A stretch of 54,102 nt of DNA from Nitrososphaeraceae archaeon (GTDB lineage: Archaea > Thermoproteota > Nitrososphaeria > Nitrososphaerales > Nitrososphaeraceae). Positions 53,485-54,102 of the stretch are shown in pieces; position 1 is the first letter of the stretch; each line of letters begins with the position of its first letter. The stretch is taken from assembly GCA_035297365.1 (NCBI GenBank), contig DATGZA010000060.1:1-54102 (forward strand). Reading direction: 5' to 3'. A program made the translations under genes and the position numbers. The notes under the pieces were generated by a model, which made no database searches, was not told the origin of the DNA, and saw nothing but the letters and a program-made list of their open reading frames with translations.

Positions 53485-54102
53485 TTATTTAGATACTAGC
53501 TTATTCATTATGGATACATAATAATGAAAAGGATTAACGCTGTAAATCTGACCATTAAATTCTGCTACTATTCTGGTAGTGTGAGTTCCAAGTATGATAT
53601 TATTTGCAATAACTTCATTAGTAATACCATCTATCACACTAACGGTATTTTGTATCACTACGTATAATAAATTATTCATAGTATCATAATATAAATGACG
53701 TACATGGTCATAGAGCTCGATTGTTTTAACAACAGAGTTGTCTGTACGGTTGATGACAGAAACCGTGTTGTTACCAGAGTTGGCAACATAGAGGAGGTTT
53801 TTTGTTGGGTTAACGGCTAATGCTTCTGGAAATTTAGCTACTTTGATTGTATCAATAACAGAGTTGTCTGTAGAGTTGATGTCAGAAACCGTGTTGTTAC
53901 CAGAGTTGGCAACATAGAGGAGATTGTTAGCAGGGTTAAGAGCTAATTCTTTTGGGTTTTTACCTACTTTGATAGTGTCTGCAATAGAATTGTCTGTAGA
54001 GTTGATGACAGATATAGTTTCCTCTCCATAATTAGCAACGTAGAGGAGATTGTTATTTGAGTTAAGAGCTAATTCTATTGGGGCTTTGCCCACTATAATT
54101 GT
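53485..54102 (-). CDS. YVTN/YncE-type beta-propeller repeat protein (partial, start beyond the right edge)
   Basis: Repeats LYVANSGNNTVSVIN.TDNSV..TIKVG..P..LA.NP with a 126-bp DNA period. Confidence 0.9.
   Translation of the reverse strand, partial: TIIVGKAPIELALNSNNNLLYVANYGEETISVINSTDNSIADTIKVGKNPKELALNPANNLLYVANSGNNTVSDINSTDNSVIDTIKVAKFPEALAVNPTKNLLYVANSGNNTVSVINRTDNSVVKTIELYDHVRHLYYDTMNNLLYVVIQNTVSVIDGITNEVIANNIILGTHTTRIVAEFNGQIYSVNPFHYYVSIMNKLVSK

Overview
AT-rich archaeal window, most consistent with a soil ammonia-oxidising archaeon (Nitrososphaeraceae, Nitrosocosmicus-like). This is inferred from gene content, small Cys-rich proteins and TATA-type promoters, not from a marker gene. 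I recognised no rRNA, tRNA or CRISPR array. 1-41 kb is accessory/metabolic: a partial Ig-like repeat surface protein, a DUF72-DinB fusion polymerase, an IS5/IS903-type element with an amber-interrupted transposase, an LLM oxidoreductase, an aldehyde dehydrogenase, CDF and CAX transporters, a UbiE/UbiA-like/chorismate-lyase-like operon, a tandem dCache protein, a complete sugar-type ABC transporter, two RTX-repeat proteins, a methyltransferase/P450 pair, an acid phosphatase and malic enzyme. The most striking region is 43.3-52.2 kb. It carries four copies of the GC-cored palindrome TTTTTCGGCGCCGAAAAA, two of them in homologous promoter cassettes. Genes there include a small OB-fold-like protein, a PLAT-like protein, a secreted lipase, and a two-gene unit: a Met/Glu-rich tandem-repeat peptide followed by a tyrosinase fused to lectin-type propeller repeats. 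All family calls come from motif recognition by eye; no searches were run.
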